A stretch of DNA of 57,861 nt. Origin: an uncultured Candidatus Saccharibacteria bacterium. GTDB lineage: Bacteria; Patescibacteriota; Saccharimonadia; Saccharimonadales; Saccharimonadaceae. Below, piece after piece: positions 18,444 through 28,290 of the stretch. Numbering within the stretch: position 1 is the stretch's first letter; each line of letters begins with the position of its first letter. The DNA lies in NCBI GenBank assembly GCA_963532195.1, contig CAUSKH010000001.1, positions 1 through 57,861 of the forward strand, given 5' to 3'. A program made the position numbers and the translations under genes. Under the pieces are notes generated by a model that worked only from the letters and a program-made list of their open reading frames with translations, was not told where the DNA came from and made no database searches.

Positions 18444-19838
18444 CTAAGCATAAAGCCTATCCTTAATATCGTTAACTTTCTCTCTGATCATAGCGTCAAA
18501 CTTGAGCTGATTTTCGATCTTGTTAATCGAATGCATGGCGGTAGTGTGATCCTTGCGACCCAGCTCTCGGGTAATCTGAGGATAGCTCATATGGAGTTCG
18601 CTGCGCAGCAAATACATGGCGATCTGGCGCGGTACGATGATGTATTGGCTGCGGGAAGCTGATTTGATCTCACTGGTCTTGATCTCGAAATACTTAGCTG
18701 TCTTCTCGATGATCTGACGGGCGGTAATATGACGGGTTTGGCTGGGACGGGCACTGGCCAGTACTTCGGTGGCGAAATCGACCGTCGGGATGACGTTGCG
18801 CATCTCGGCATAAGCCATTACTTGATTAAGCACCCCCTCCAGCTCACGGATATTAGTCTTGACCGTCCGAGCGATATATTCGGCTGTGCCGGCCGGTAAC
18901 TCAATCGCCGAATTTGACAGAGCTTTAGTCTTGATGATAGCGACTCTGGTCTCGTAGTCGGGCAGGCTAACGTCAATATTCATCCCCATCTGGAAGCGAC
19001 TCTTTAGCCGGTCGGTCAGAGTAGGAATGATAGCCGGTGGACGATCAGAACTGATGATGATCTGCCTGTTAGCTTGGTAGAGAGCATTAAATGTGTTAAA
19101 GAAGGCTTCCTGAGTCTTGTCTTTACCGCTGATAAATTGAATATCATCAATAATGAGGACATCGAGATTGCGATACTTATCGGTAAACTCCTGCGATGAC
19201 TTGTTGGTAATATGGTAGATATAGTCATTAGTGAATTCCTCGGTGGTAACGTAAAGTACTCGCTTGTCACTAAAGTGCTCCAGGATGGCATTACCGATAG
19301 CTTGAATTAGATGAGTCTTACCCAGACCGGCACCGCCGTAGATAAAGATGGGGTTATATTTCTCGCCGGGCTTCTTAGCGGCGGCTTGGGCGGCGGCATA
19401 GGCCAGCTCATTACATGAACCGACAATGAAATTAGCAAAAGAATATTTTTTATTTAAGTGGCTGTCAAAGGCGATAGTGGTACCGGTCTTGGGTTGATCA
19501 TCGATCACCACCACGCTGTCCTCACGACGTTTGAGATTTTTCGAGCTGGTTACGAAATCTACCCTGGGGGAGCTGGCACCGTTCTTCTTGAGTAACTCTC
19601 GGACATCGTCCTCGTACTTCTTCTCGAATTGGCTTTTAGCAAAGATATTTTTAACTTCGACCGTGTAAACATTGTTGCTCACATTGATCAGCTTGGTCGG
19701 CTTCCAGAAGGTGTCAAACATAGTACCGAAACGACCGGATAGGTCGGCGTCGCTTAAGACTGTCTCCCAGAGAGATTTCATCTCACTAGCTGAGATGTCA
19801 CTCTGCACCACATCGTCCCCCTCACTTACTCCCTTCAT
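18444..19838 (-). CDS. dnaA: chromosomal replication initiator DnaA
   Basis: YNPIFIYGGAGLGKTHL, LIIDDIQF, TQEAFF..FN, NIRELEG, RQIAMYL, RKDHTT. Confidence 0.99.
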   Translation of the reverse strand: MKGVSEGDDVVQSDISASEMKSLWETVLSDADLSGRFGTMFDTFWKPTKLINVSNNVYTVEVKNIFAKSQFEKKYEDDVRELLKKNGASSPRVDFVTSSKNLKRREDSVVVIDDQPKTGTTIAFDSHLNKKYSFANFIVGSCNELAYAAAQAAAKKPGEKYNPIFIYGGAGLGKTHLIQAIGNAILEHFSDKRVLYVTTEEFTNDYIYHITNKSSQEFTDKYRNLDVLIIDDIQFISGKDKTQEAFFNTFNALYQANRQIIISSDRPPAIIPTLTDRLKSRFQMGMNIDVSLPDYETRVAIIKTKALSNSAIELPAGTAEYIARTVKTNIRELEGVLNQVMAYAEMRNVIPTVDFATEVLASARPSQTRHITARQIIEKTAKYFEIKTSEIKSASRSQYIIVPRQIAMYLLRSELHMSYPQITRELGRKDHTTAMHSINKIENQLKFDAMIREKVNDIKDRLYA

Positions 19839-19865
19839 TAGCCCTTAGTCTAGCAAAATAGCTAG

Positions 19866-19968
19866 TTTTCCACAAGCAAAAAGTGATTCACACTTTGTCT
19901 ATTTTGTCAACGTGTGGATAACTTGTGTTTTCCACAAGTATGAATATGGCACTAATATATGTGGAAAA
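19866..19968. other. DnaA-box cluster between dnaA and rpmH (oriC sub-region / dnaA autoregulation)
   Basis: TTTTCCACA 19866-19874, TGTGGATAA 19913-19921 (perfect), TTTTCCACA 19928-19936, TGTGGAAAA 19960-19968. Confidence 0.85.
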
Positions 19969-20017
19969 CCGTCGATATTTGCTAAATATGAGCCTGATGT
20001 GATAACATCTTATAGAT

Positions 20018-20155
20018 ATGCCAAAGAGAACATACCAACCGCACAAGCGAAGTCGAGCGAAAGTTCACGGCTTTCGGGCACGAATGTCCAGCCGAGCCGG
20101 TCGATTAGTCTTGAAGCGTCGTCGTAATAAAAAGCGAGCTAAGATAGCTATCTAG
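20018..20155 (+). CDS. rpmH: 50S ribosomal protein L34
   Basis: Not in the ORF track; translates [45 protein letters not shown], divergent from dnaA. Confidence 0.97.
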   Translation: MPKRTYQPHKRSRAKVHGFRARMSSRAGRLVLKRRRNKKRAKIAI

Positions 20156-20229
20156 TCAATCTTCCGACTAATCCATGAGGCTACTTGGGAGAGCCTCTTT
20201 CTTGTTATTTGGTATACTAATGGTGATTT

Positions 20230-20574
20230 ATGATTAGTCAGCAACATCGTTTTCATGGTCATGCCAGTGTCCGATATGTCTTAAATAAGGGTAAGCAGGC
20301 TCGAAGCAAGGAGCTGTCGCTGAAGTGTGTCAGCAATCAGCGACGTCGGAAATCTCGAATAGCGGTGGTGGTCAGTAAGAAAGTACTCAAGCATGCCGTA
20401 GACCGCAATCGGACTCGCCGTCGGATCTATGAGCAGTTGCGCTTGAGACTAGCTAAGTTTCGGCAGGTAGTTGACCTGGTGGTGATCGTTTATCAGCCGA
20501 TCGACCAATTATCGCCGGGTCAGCTAGGTGAGCAGCTGGATAAACTACTCGTTAAACTTGACGTCATTTCCTAA
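20230..20574 (+). CDS. rnpA: RNase P protein component
   Basis: RIAVVVSKKV..HAVDRNRTRRR motif; follows rpmH. Confidence 0.93.
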   Translation: MISQQHRFHGHASVRYVLNKGKQARSKELSLKCVSNQRRRKSRIAVVVSKKVLKHAVDRNRTRRRIYEQLRLRLAKFRQVVDLVVIVYQPIDQLSPGQLGEQLDKLLVKLDVIS

Positions 20575-20622
20575 TCCTTCTAAAAGTAGTCAAGATAGTA
20601 GCTAGATGATAAAATACAGCAT

Positions 20623-21570
20623 ATGAATCTATTTGACCGTCTGTTAACTCAGCCCATTTTTAATCTGCTGGCGTTTATCTATAACTTTATCGGTGATTTT
20701 GGTGTCTCAATCATCATCGTGACTATCCTGATCAGGCTGCTGATGTGGCCACTGGTTAAGAAGCAACTTCACCAGACGAAGATGATGCGTCAGATACAGC
20801 CGGAGCTGAAGAAGATCAAGCAGAAAGCCAACGGCAATCGGATGCTGGAGTCTACCATGCTGATGGAGCTTTATCGGGAGAAGAATATCAAGCCTTTTAG
20901 CTCGATGCTGGTCTTGCTCATCCAGATACCGATCATGATTGCTATCTACCGGGGAATTAGGATTGCTTCGGGCGGTAACTTTAATCATCTTAACGGTATC
21001 AACCCGGCTGACTACCTATACCCCTTTATGAGTGGCTTTCATAAAGCATCAGAGATGATGAGCGGTAATCACTTGATGTTACTAGGGGTGGTTGATCTGA
21101 CTAAGGTAGTCGCCGGTTACTTACCGGGGCTGATGATCGCCATCTTAGCTACCGTCTTTCAGTTTTACCAGACTAAGCAAATCATGCCTAGTGCCGGTGA
21201 ACACAAGAAGCTGAAAGACTTGTTCAAGCAGGCGTCGAAGGGGCAGGAAGTTGATCAGTCGGATATGGTCTCAGCGATGAATCGTAACATGCTGTACTTC
21301 ACGCCAATTATGACTCTGATGGTGATGTTAGCTTTACCCGGAGCGGTAGTGCTATACTACGCTACTACTTCGCTAGTGGCGATCGGTCAGCAGCAGCGTG
21401 TCTTGAGTCGTAGTGAAGAAGAGCTGGAGAAGATGGCAAGCAGTCATAATGCTAAGCGATCCAGGCAGGCCCAAGAGGCGGTAATTATCCGTAAGAAAGC
21501 GACCGGCGGGAAAGAGAAGAGTAAAGCCGGTGGCGGTAAGACGGTGGTACGACGGATAAAGGCGAAGTAA
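20623..21570 (+). CDS. yidC: membrane protein insertase YidC/Oxa1
   Basis: DFGVSIIIVTILIRLLMWPL, QPELKKI, LIQIPI, LPGAVVLYY. Confidence 0.93.
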   Translation: MNLFDRLLTQPIFNLLAFIYNFIGDFGVSIIIVTILIRLLMWPLVKKQLHQTKMMRQIQPELKKIKQKANGNRMLESTMLMELYREKNIKPFSSMLVLLIQIPIMIAIYRGIRIASGGNFNHLNGINPADYLYPFMSGFHKASEMMSGNHLMLLGVVDLTKVVAGYLPGLMIAILATVFQFYQTKQIMPSAGEHKKLKDLFKQASKGQEVDQSDMVSAMNRNMLYFTPIMTLMVMLALPGAVVLYYATTSLVAIGQQQRVLSRSEEELEKMASSHNAKRSRQAQEAVIIRKKATGGKEKSKAGGGKTVVRRIKAK

Positions 21571-21579
21571 GGAGAAAGT

Positions 21580-22065
21580 ATGGATAGAGAAGAATCAATC
21601 ATGTATGCCAAGAAATATGCCGAAGATCTAATGTCGTTCTTTGGTCTCAATGTCGATGTCTATGCTACGGCAGAGGAAGATGTCATAGAGCTGTCGGTAC
21701 CGAGCTCGTATCTATCAAATCTATTGATCGGTAACCGAGGTGATACTTTGCGTAGTATCCAGACCCTCATCAGAGTCACCTTGATCCAGCAGAAAGCATT
21801 GTTATACCGAGTGAATCTGGATATCGCTGACTATAAAAAGCGTCATAATGAACAGCTGGCCGATAAGGCCGAGAAATGGGCAAAGTCGGTCATGACGACC
21901 GGTGAGCCGATGCCGCTAAAGCCAATGAATCCGGCAGAGCGACGAGTGGTTCATAAAGTACTGGGTGACTATACGCAATTATCGACCGAGAGCGAGGGTG
22001 AAGGTGCCGAAAGACATGTAGTAATCCGCAAGATTGCTACTCCCGAGAGCAAGCCAAGTGACTAA
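21580..22065 (+). CDS. jag: Jag/EloR-like KH-R3H RNA-binding protein (short form)
   Basis: LIGNRGDTLRSIQ, PMNPAERRVVH, TESEGEGAERHVVI; follows yidC. Confidence 0.85.
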   Translation: MDREESIMYAKKYAEDLMSFFGLNVDVYATAEEDVIELSVPSSYLSNLLIGNRGDTLRSIQTLIRVTLIQQKALLYRVNLDIADYKKRHNEQLADKAEKWAKSVMTTGEPMPLKPMNPAERRVVHKVLGDYTQLSTESEGEGAERHVVIRKIATPESKPSD

Positions 22066-22472
22066 CGTTTGTCGGTAAAGACGAAGTGATTATAAGTCAG
22101 ATAATTCCAAGTCAGGCTAAAGACTGAAGCGCCCAGCTTAGCTAAGTTATTAAAGGCTTGATCGGGTAAACCAAAATGAGGTAGGTAATGCTGAGCTAGG
22201 ATTATCAGCCCATTTTGGATCACCCAGATACCGATAGCGGTAAAGACAAAGAAGAGAATGACCTGACGTAAGTAGTCTTGCCCGGCATTGCGGAAAGTCC
22301 ACTTCTTATTCATCAAAAAGCTATAGATCATGGCGATACCGGTCGAGATAGTATTAGCTATGATGAGATTAAGACCGGATAAGCTGAGCAGATTCATCAG
22401 AGTGAAGTCAAGGACGGTATTAGAGATACCGACTATGACGAAGCGAAGTGGCCGGTGCTTAGTGTCTTTCAT
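22062..22472 (-). CDS. GtrA-family flippase-like protein
   Basis: RFVIVGISNTVLDF, SFLMNKKWTF, WNYL; four TM segments. Confidence 0.88.
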   Translation of the reverse strand: MKDTKHRPLRFVIVGISNTVLDFTLMNLLSLSGLNLIIANTISTGIAMIYSFLMNKKWTFRNAGQDYLRQVILFFVFTAIGIWVIQNGLIILAQHYLPHFGLPDQAFNNLAKLGASVFSLTWNYLTYNHFVFTDKR

Positions 22473-23431
22473 GAGCGATGATGCTTAGACTGATGTTGGT
22501 CTTGGATTAGATAGAGCGGGCGCCCCTTTGTCTCGATGAAGATTCGCCCGATATATTCACCGATAATACCTAATGATAACATCTGGATACCACCCAGGAA
22601 AAGAACAGCGATCAATAGGGTATTAAACCCGCCGATTCGAGGTACACCTAGCAGCGCTTGAAACAAGATGACGATAATGTAAATAAAGGTCAGTAAGCTA
22701 ATGACCATGCCGGCGACAGTGATCAGGCGCAAGGGGATAGTGGTAAAGCTGGTGAAACCGTCAATGGCCAGGTTGATTAAAGAGTTGCCCGGGGAGAGGA
22801 GACCGAACTTCCACTTGGTCTGACCGGCGGTACGGTTAGCATGATCGAAGGTAATTTCCTTCTTGCGATAGCCAATCCAAGAAAAGAGAGCTTTATTCTG
22901 GCGTGATGATTCACGAAATTGGCGTAGTGCCTCGAGGCAACGACGGTTAAGTAAGCGAAAATCACCAGTATCAATCTGAATAGGTACTCGGGTAGCTTTC
23001 TGCAGAGTGCGGTAATAAGTGTGAGAGGTAAAACGACGTATTGCTGAATCTTTCTTTCTATTACGCTTGGCGTAGACATCGTCATAACCCTGTTCCCACC
23101 ATTTGATCATCTTAGGGATGACCTCCGGTGGCTCTTGACCATCAGCATCCATAATGACGGCGGCGTCACCTTGAGCATGATCTATACCGGCGGCTACGGC
23201 AATCTCCTTACCAAAATTACGAGATAAATTAATATACGACACCCTCGGGTCCTGCTTAGCGAAGCTACTTAGCAGGTCGCTAGTATGGTCACGTGAGCCA
23301 TCGTTAACGAAGAGGAACTCAAAGTCATAATTATCAATCCTCTTGGCTAATTTGGTCAGACGACTAATGATATCCGGCAGAGTCTCCTCTTCGTTATAGG
23401 CGGGGATGATGATAGTGATTAGCTTACTCAT
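22469..23431 (-). CDS. GT2 polyprenyl-phosphate glycosyltransferase (GtrB/CsbB-like)
   Basis: IIPAYNEE, VNDGSRD, LSRNFGKE, MDADGQEPP, TGDFRLL, two C-terminal TM, GEYIGRIF.E.KGRP. Confidence 0.92.
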   Translation of the reverse strand: MSKLITIIIPAYNEEETLPDIISRLTKLAKRIDNYDFEFLFVNDGSRDHTSDLLSSFAKQDPRVSYINLSRNFGKEIAVAAGIDHAQGDAAVIMDADGQEPPEVIPKMIKWWEQGYDDVYAKRNRKKDSAIRRFTSHTYYRTLQKATRVPIQIDTGDFRLLNRRCLEALRQFRESSRQNKALFSWIGYRKKEITFDHANRTAGQTKWKFGLLSPGNSLINLAIDGFTSFTTIPLRLITVAGMVISLLTFIYIIVILFQALLGVPRIGGFNTLLIAVLFLGGIQMLSLGIIGEYIGRIFIETKGRPLYLIQDQHQSKHHRS

Positions 23432-23453
23432 TAACTAATATCGTAACATAAAG

Positions 23454-24524
23454 CTAGAGTTTTCTCTTGAGCTTATGCCATAGACCGGTGGTAAGGCGAT
23501 GATATTTAACAGCATTAGATAAACTAATAGAAAATAGGGCGAGACGGGGGTGCCTGATAAGATACCTGATAGTGCGCTCCAGTCGCACTTTACGGCGGCC
23601 GATGACTGACGGGTGGCTGAGTGGCGCTTGACCATCGGCTTGATGAATCTGACGGATCATACTCAGCTTAGCGCTCTTAGGTAAATCAGCTGAATAGGTA
23701 GCCAGCAGATGAGAGTAGATCCAGCTATATTTGATCCAGTGTAGTAAGCTATCTCGTGGCTCACCGGAAGGGGTGTCGGCTAAGAATTTCTCCAGCGCAG
23801 TGAAATTGTCCAGTCTATTTTGATAAACCAGAGATGATTTACTGAAAGTACCACCGTCCAGACTCTGATAATAATTATAAAGCGGGGCGGGGATGAATGA
23901 GATATGGCTAATCAGGCTAAGATAGTCGAGATTAAAGAGAAGGTCCTCGCCGAAATTAACGCCCGACTGAAAGGCGAGGTGATGCTTCTTGATGAGGGAA
24001 GTGAGATATATCTTATTCCAGACTTGATAAAGCCTCCCGTCGATGCCGAGTAAACGAAGGATATATACTTTCCAAGGCTCATCGCTTTGACGACCGGGTA
24101 GCAACTCACTGCAGACATCCACTCTAGATAGCTCTTGCCGGTTCTTCCGGGTGATGATAGTAAAGCCGCTCACTGCCAATTGAGCTCGATCACTCTTGAT
24201 GGCACTAATGAACTTAGCTAAAGCTCCCTTCTTCAGAGTATCATCAGCATCGAGAAACATCAGGTATTTACCCTTAGCTCGAGATATGCCGGTATTGCGA
24301 GCGACACTGGCGCCACCATTAGCCGGTTGGTTAATAGCCACGATGCGCCGGTCGGATCGGCTTAACCGGCTCAGCACCTGAGCGGTATCATCGGTCGAAT
24401 GGTCATTGACGATGATCAGCTCATAGTCAGAGTAGTCTTGTGTTCTGATGCTATCAACCATTCCGGTGATATCGCTAGCACAATTATAAGCAGGGACAAT
24501 GATCGAGAGTTCGGGTTTAATCAT
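23454..24524 (-). CDS. glycosyltransferase family 2
   Basis: IIVPAYN, VNDHSTD, N.GASVARNTG, FLDADD, VWNKIY, GEDLLFN. Confidence 0.92.
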   Translation of the reverse strand: MIKPELSIIVPAYNCASDITGMVDSIRTQDYSDYELIIVNDHSTDDTAQVLSRLSRSDRRIVAINQPANGGASVARNTGISRAKGKYLMFLDADDTLKKGALAKFISAIKSDRAQLAVSGFTIITRKNRQELSRVDVCSELLPGRQSDEPWKVYILRLLGIDGRLYQVWNKIYLTSLIKKHHLAFQSGVNFGEDLLFNLDYLSLISHISFIPAPLYNYYQSLDGGTFSKSSLVYQNRLDNFTALEKFLADTPSGEPRDSLLHWIKYSWIYSHLLATYSADLPKSAKLSMIRQIHQADGQAPLSHPSVIGRRKVRLERTIRYLIRHPRLALFSISLSNAVKYHRLTTGLWHKLKRKL

Positions 24525-24599
24525 AACTACATGATAGCAAATAGTCCTACCGATATAGTATAATCACGATAAGAGTAATGACTAGACAGAGGGATAATA

Positions 24600-25199
24600 A
24601 TGGTTGAAGTAACGTATAAAAAGAAGAAATCATTTAAGGCGATCATCGGGGTAACGATATTTATCTTCGTCGTCTTACTGGCTACTTTGATCACGGTGAT
24701 TGTGATTAGTGCTCAGAAGGGTGATGATTATAAGGTGAAGAAGACTCCCGTCGCTAAGCAGGCAAAGAAGCCTAAACCAAAGAAGGAATCGGATGACGAA
24801 GAAGAAACTGATGATAAAGATACCCCGAATAAGCCGGGTGAGCAGAAAGACCCTAATAACACCGAAGCTAAAAAGAGGAAAAAGACCCCTAAACCAATCA
24901 AGGGTAAGATAGATAATACCAGCCTCGTTAACGGGTCGCTCCAAGTAAGAGTGACTATCAATGAAGTAATCAATGATGGCACTTGTGAACTGGCTCTAGT
25001 CGGTCCACGTGAGCAGAAGTATAATAATACTACGCAGATTATCGCTAATTCATCCACTACCTCTATCTGTAACGGCTTTGATGTGCTAGTTAATGATATC
25101 GAACGGGATCGTGATAAGCAGACCGGTAAGTGGTCAGTCACCGTTAACCTGTCGACTAAGACTCGCCAAGGTAAATTAACCGGCGAAATAATCTTGTAA
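24600..25199 (+). CDS. membrane-anchored protein with charged linker and beta-rich two-Cys C-terminal domain (paralog of 35193-35792)
   Basis: N-terminal TM, K/E/D linker, VRVTINEVINDGTC...IIAN...SICNGFD...GKW...GKLTGEIIL. Confidence 0.75.
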   Translation: MVEVTYKKKKSFKAIIGVTIFIFVVLLATLITVIVISAQKGDDYKVKKTPVAKQAKKPKPKKESDDEEETDDKDTPNKPGEQKDPNNTEAKKRKKTPKPIKGKIDNTSLVNGSLQVRVTINEVINDGTCELALVGPREQKYNNTTQIIANSSTTSICNGFDVLVNDIERDRDKQTGKWSVTVNLSTKTRQGKLTGEIIL

Positions 25200-25241
25200 C
25201 TCGCTTTGACTAACTGATTAGATGTTATAATAGGGCGGTAA

Positions 25242-26078
25242 ATGAGACGGACGACAGGTAAACTAATCAGTAAATACCGCTACTCTTGGATATTACTGCG
25301 TGAGCTGGTCAAGACTGACTTTAAGCTTCGCTATCAAGGATCGATGCTGGGGATGGCTTGGTCGGTCCTCAAGCCTCTGATGCTTTTCGCGGTGATGTAT
25401 GTAGTATTTGTTCGCTTCCTTCGCTTCGGGGCGGGCATCCCGCACTTTGCCGTCTCGCTACTACTGGCTCAGACATTATGGGCTTTTTTTCAGGAGGCAA
25501 CTTCACAGGGGATGCAAGCCATCGTCGGGAGGGGTGACTTACTGCGTAAGCTAAAGTTCCCTAAGTATATCGTAGTGGTATCGTCAACGGTCTCGGCTTT
25601 GATAAATCTGGTGATTAGCCTCTTCGTGGTGCTGATCTTCATGATCGTTAACGGAGTGGAGTTTCGTCCGATTATCCTCCTCTTTCCATTCGTTATCATA
25701 GAACTATACCTTTTTTCACTAGGAGTGGCTCTATTACTCAGTACCTTATTTGTCCGATTCAGAGATATCGGTCATATTTGGGATGTGATCATGCAGGCGT
25801 GGTTTTATGCTACACCGATTATTTACCCACTAACACAGCTGATCAATGTTGGCTGGCTATCTATCGCTAAGCTGGTCCTGATGTTAAACCCGATCGCCCA
25901 GATTATCCAGGACGCTCGCTATTTAGTAGTGACAGCTCAGACGGAAACGATATGGGGGCTGGTTGGTCAGCGGTGCTGGCTGTTTAAGCTAGTACCGCTG
26001 CTAATTGTGACAGTAGTGCTGTTGATTGGGACGATAATATTCCGACGTCGGTCGCCATACTTTGCGGAGGAACTGTAG
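25242..26078 (+). CDS. wzm: ABC-2 polysaccharide exporter permease Wzm/TagG
   Basis: DFKLRYQGSMLG.AWS.L.PL, FRDIGHIW, FYATPIIYP, FAEEL. Confidence 0.92.
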   Translation: MRRTTGKLISKYRYSWILLRELVKTDFKLRYQGSMLGMAWSVLKPLMLFAVMYVVFVRFLRFGAGIPHFAVSLLLAQTLWAFFQEATSQGMQAIVGRGDLLRKLKFPKYIVVVSSTVSALINLVISLFVVLIFMIVNGVEFRPIILLFPFVIIELYLFSLGVALLLSTLFVRFRDIGHIWDVIMQAWFYATPIIYPLTQLINVGWLSIAKLVLMLNPIAQIIQDARYLVVTAQTETIWGLVGQRCWLFKLVPLLIVTVVLLIGTIIFRRRSPYFAEEL

Positions 26079-26828
26079 GTGATGAATAAGGATAAGGTCG
26101 TACTAAAGGTGAGCCATGTCAGCAAATCATTTAAGTTGCCGACTGAACATTCCAATGAGATAAAGCAAGTCTTCGTTAACTGGACAAAGGGAATTAAGGG
26201 CTATCGACGCCAGGAAGTACTGAAAGATATCTCCTTTGAGGTCAAGAAAGGCGACTTCTTCGGTATCGTTGGGCGTAATGGGTCGGGTAAATCAACTCTA
26301 CTAAAACTAATCTCAGGCATTTATCCGCCTGACCGGGGGCAAATTAAAGTTAACGGCTCGCTGGTGTCGTTCATCGAGCTGGGAGTGGGCTTTAATCCTG
26401 AGTTGACCGGTCGGGAAAATGTCTATCTCAATGGAGCGATGCTTGGCTTCAGTCGGAAGCAAGTTAGTGCTATGTATGGCGATATCGTTGAGTTCGCCGA
26501 GTTACATGATTTTATGGACCAGAAGCTGAAGAACTATTCCTCCGGTATGCAGGTTCGCCTAGCCTTCTCAGTGGCGATTAAAGCCAAGGGCGATATCTTA
26601 GTCCTGGATGAAGTACTGGCAGTCGGCGATGAAGCATTCCAGAGGAAATGTCACGACTACTTCCAGGAAGCGAAGCGAAGAGGCAAGACGATTGTCCTAG
26701 TGACACATGATATGAGTGCGGTGCGGGAATTCTGCAATAGAGCGATCCTGATCGATAATGGACTGATCAAAGTTGAGGGCAACCCCAGCGAGGTGGCGGA
26801 TGAGTATAGTGGACTATTTCAAAAATAG
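26079..26828 (+). CDS. wzt: polysaccharide exporter ATPase Wzt/TagH (no C-terminal domain)
   Basis: GRNGSGKST, GFNPELTGREN, YSSGMQVRLAF, DEVLAVGD. Confidence 0.93.
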   Translation: MMNKDKVVLKVSHVSKSFKLPTEHSNEIKQVFVNWTKGIKGYRRQEVLKDISFEVKKGDFFGIVGRNGSGKSTLLKLISGIYPPDRGQIKVNGSLVSFIELGVGFNPELTGRENVYLNGAMLGFSRKQVSAMYGDIVEFAELHDFMDQKLKNYSSGMQVRLAFSVAIKAKGDILVLDEVLAVGDEAFQRKCHDYFQEAKRRGKTIVLVTHDMSAVREFCNRAILIDNGLIKVEGNPSEVADEYSGLFQK

Positions 26829-27072
26829 TACGCAAGAGATCAAATAGAATGTAGGGATAAAAAGTTACCTAAACTAGTGTAGTCGGTCCATGCAGTTTAT
26901 CACGAAGCCAAGAAAAGGCTAAAATAGTTGTCTATTAACAATCATTATGACTCCAGCTAAATCTCTGATACAATAACCCAAGTGGGATTCTGTAACCTAT
27001 GATGTAGTGGATTCTATACACTCTATATTTTGGGGCTCAGACTTGTGATGTAGTAACGATGGGGAGGTAGAG

Positions 27073-28290
27073 ATGGATCAACCGGATGTATTAGTAGTGG
27101 GAGCCGGTATATTCGGCTTAACAGTAGCCGAACGGCTGGCTACTCAGCAAGGTAAACGAGTCTTAGTCGTCGATAAACGTGATCACATCGGTGGTAATGC
27201 CTACTCTGAGTTTGATACCGAGACGGGGATTGAATGCCACAAGTATGGGGCGCACCTGTTTCATACTTCCGACGAAGCTGTTTGGCGATATGTTAATCAG
27301 TTTACTAAGTTCACTGGCTATGTACATCATGTCTACGCTATGCATCAAAGAAAAGGTGCGGAGCGTCCGGAGGTCTTTCCGATGCCGGTTAACTTAGGGA
27401 CGATTAACCAATTCTTCCGGTCTAACTACACACCGGACGAAGCTAGAGAGTTAATAGCTAGGCAAGCTAAGAACAATCCGGCGGCTAAAGAGAACCGTCA
27501 GCCGGCCAACCTAGCTGAGCAGGGGATATCGCTGATCGGTGAGCCGCTATTTAATGCTTTTATTAAGAACTACACAGCTAAACAATGGCAGACACCGGCC
27601 GAAGAGCTTTCGCCGGAAATCATCAAACGTTTACCGGTTCGATACACCTATAATAATCGCTATTTTAAGGATACCTATGAGGGACTACCACAGGATGGCT
27701 ATGAAGCTTGGTTTCAACGAATGGTTGAGGCCGGTAACAAATCGAGAGGCTCTATTACTGTCAAGCTAAAGACAGATTATTTTAAGGATGCCAATATTAA
27801 ACGATTACGAGATGACGGGGTGACGACTATTTACACCGGTCCGATTGATCAATTTTATGACTATCAGTTCGGCGAGCTATCGTGGCGAAGTCTGAAACTG
27901 GATAAAGAGGTGGTAAACGTTTATGATTTTCAGGGATGCCCGGTTATGAATTATAACGACCTTGAACCAAAGTTCACCAGAATCCACGAATTTAAACACT
28001 TTCATCCCGAACGGGCGGATGATGTAGTTAAATGGCCCGGTTATGCACCGGATTATAATAAAACAGTAATAGTCCGAGAATATTCCAAGGCTTGGCAGCA
28101 AGGTGATGAGCCATATTACCCTATTAACACCACTAAAGATAAGGCTAAGCTGGCTAAGTATCATGATTTGGCGCAAGCTGATAAATCGAAGCAGATTTAC
28201 TTCGGTGGTCGACTGGGTGAATATGCTTACTATGATATGGATAAATCTTTTGCCAGTGCGCTAAAATTAGTTAGTGGGCTGACAAGATAA
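27073..28290 (+). CDS. glf: UDP-galactopyranose mutase
   Basis: GAGIFG, HIGGNAY, HKYGAHLFHT, YTAKQW, RLPVR, EPYYP, GGRLGEY.YYDMD. Confidence 0.96.
   Translation: MDQPDVLVVGAGIFGLTVAERLATQQGKRVLVVDKRDHIGGNAYSEFDTETGIECHKYGAHLFHTSDEAVWRYVNQFTKFTGYVHHVYAMHQRKGAERPEVFPMPVNLGTINQFFRSNYTPDEARELIARQAKNNPAAKENRQPANLAEQGISLIGEPLFNAFIKNYTAKQWQTPAEELSPEIIKRLPVRYTYNNRYFKDTYEGLPQDGYEAWFQRMVEAGNKSRGSITVKLKTDYFKDANIKRLRDDGVTTIYTGPIDQFYDYQFGELSWRSLKLDKEVVNVYDFQGCPVMNYNDLEPKFTRIHEFKHFHPERADDVVKWPGYAPDYNKTVIVREYSKAWQQGDEPYYPINTTKDKAKLAKYHDLAQADKSKQIYFGGRLGEYAYYDMDKSFASALKLVSGLTR

Noticed and set aside
18179..18451. 90-aa ORF between dnaA and dnaN
   Set aside because: It spans the DnaA-box/AT-rich origin spacer, has a TTG/weak start and no recognisable motif.
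19912..20127. 71-aa ORF from the track
   Set aside because: It overlaps DnaA boxes and the real rpmH, which is in another frame (20018-20155).
26826..26960. Stop-codon reassignment (TAG or TGA read-through)
   Set aside because: Conserved genes end at the expected positions with TAG (groEL, rpmH, dnaA) and TGA (recA, lepA), and none has internal stops, so standard code 11 applies.
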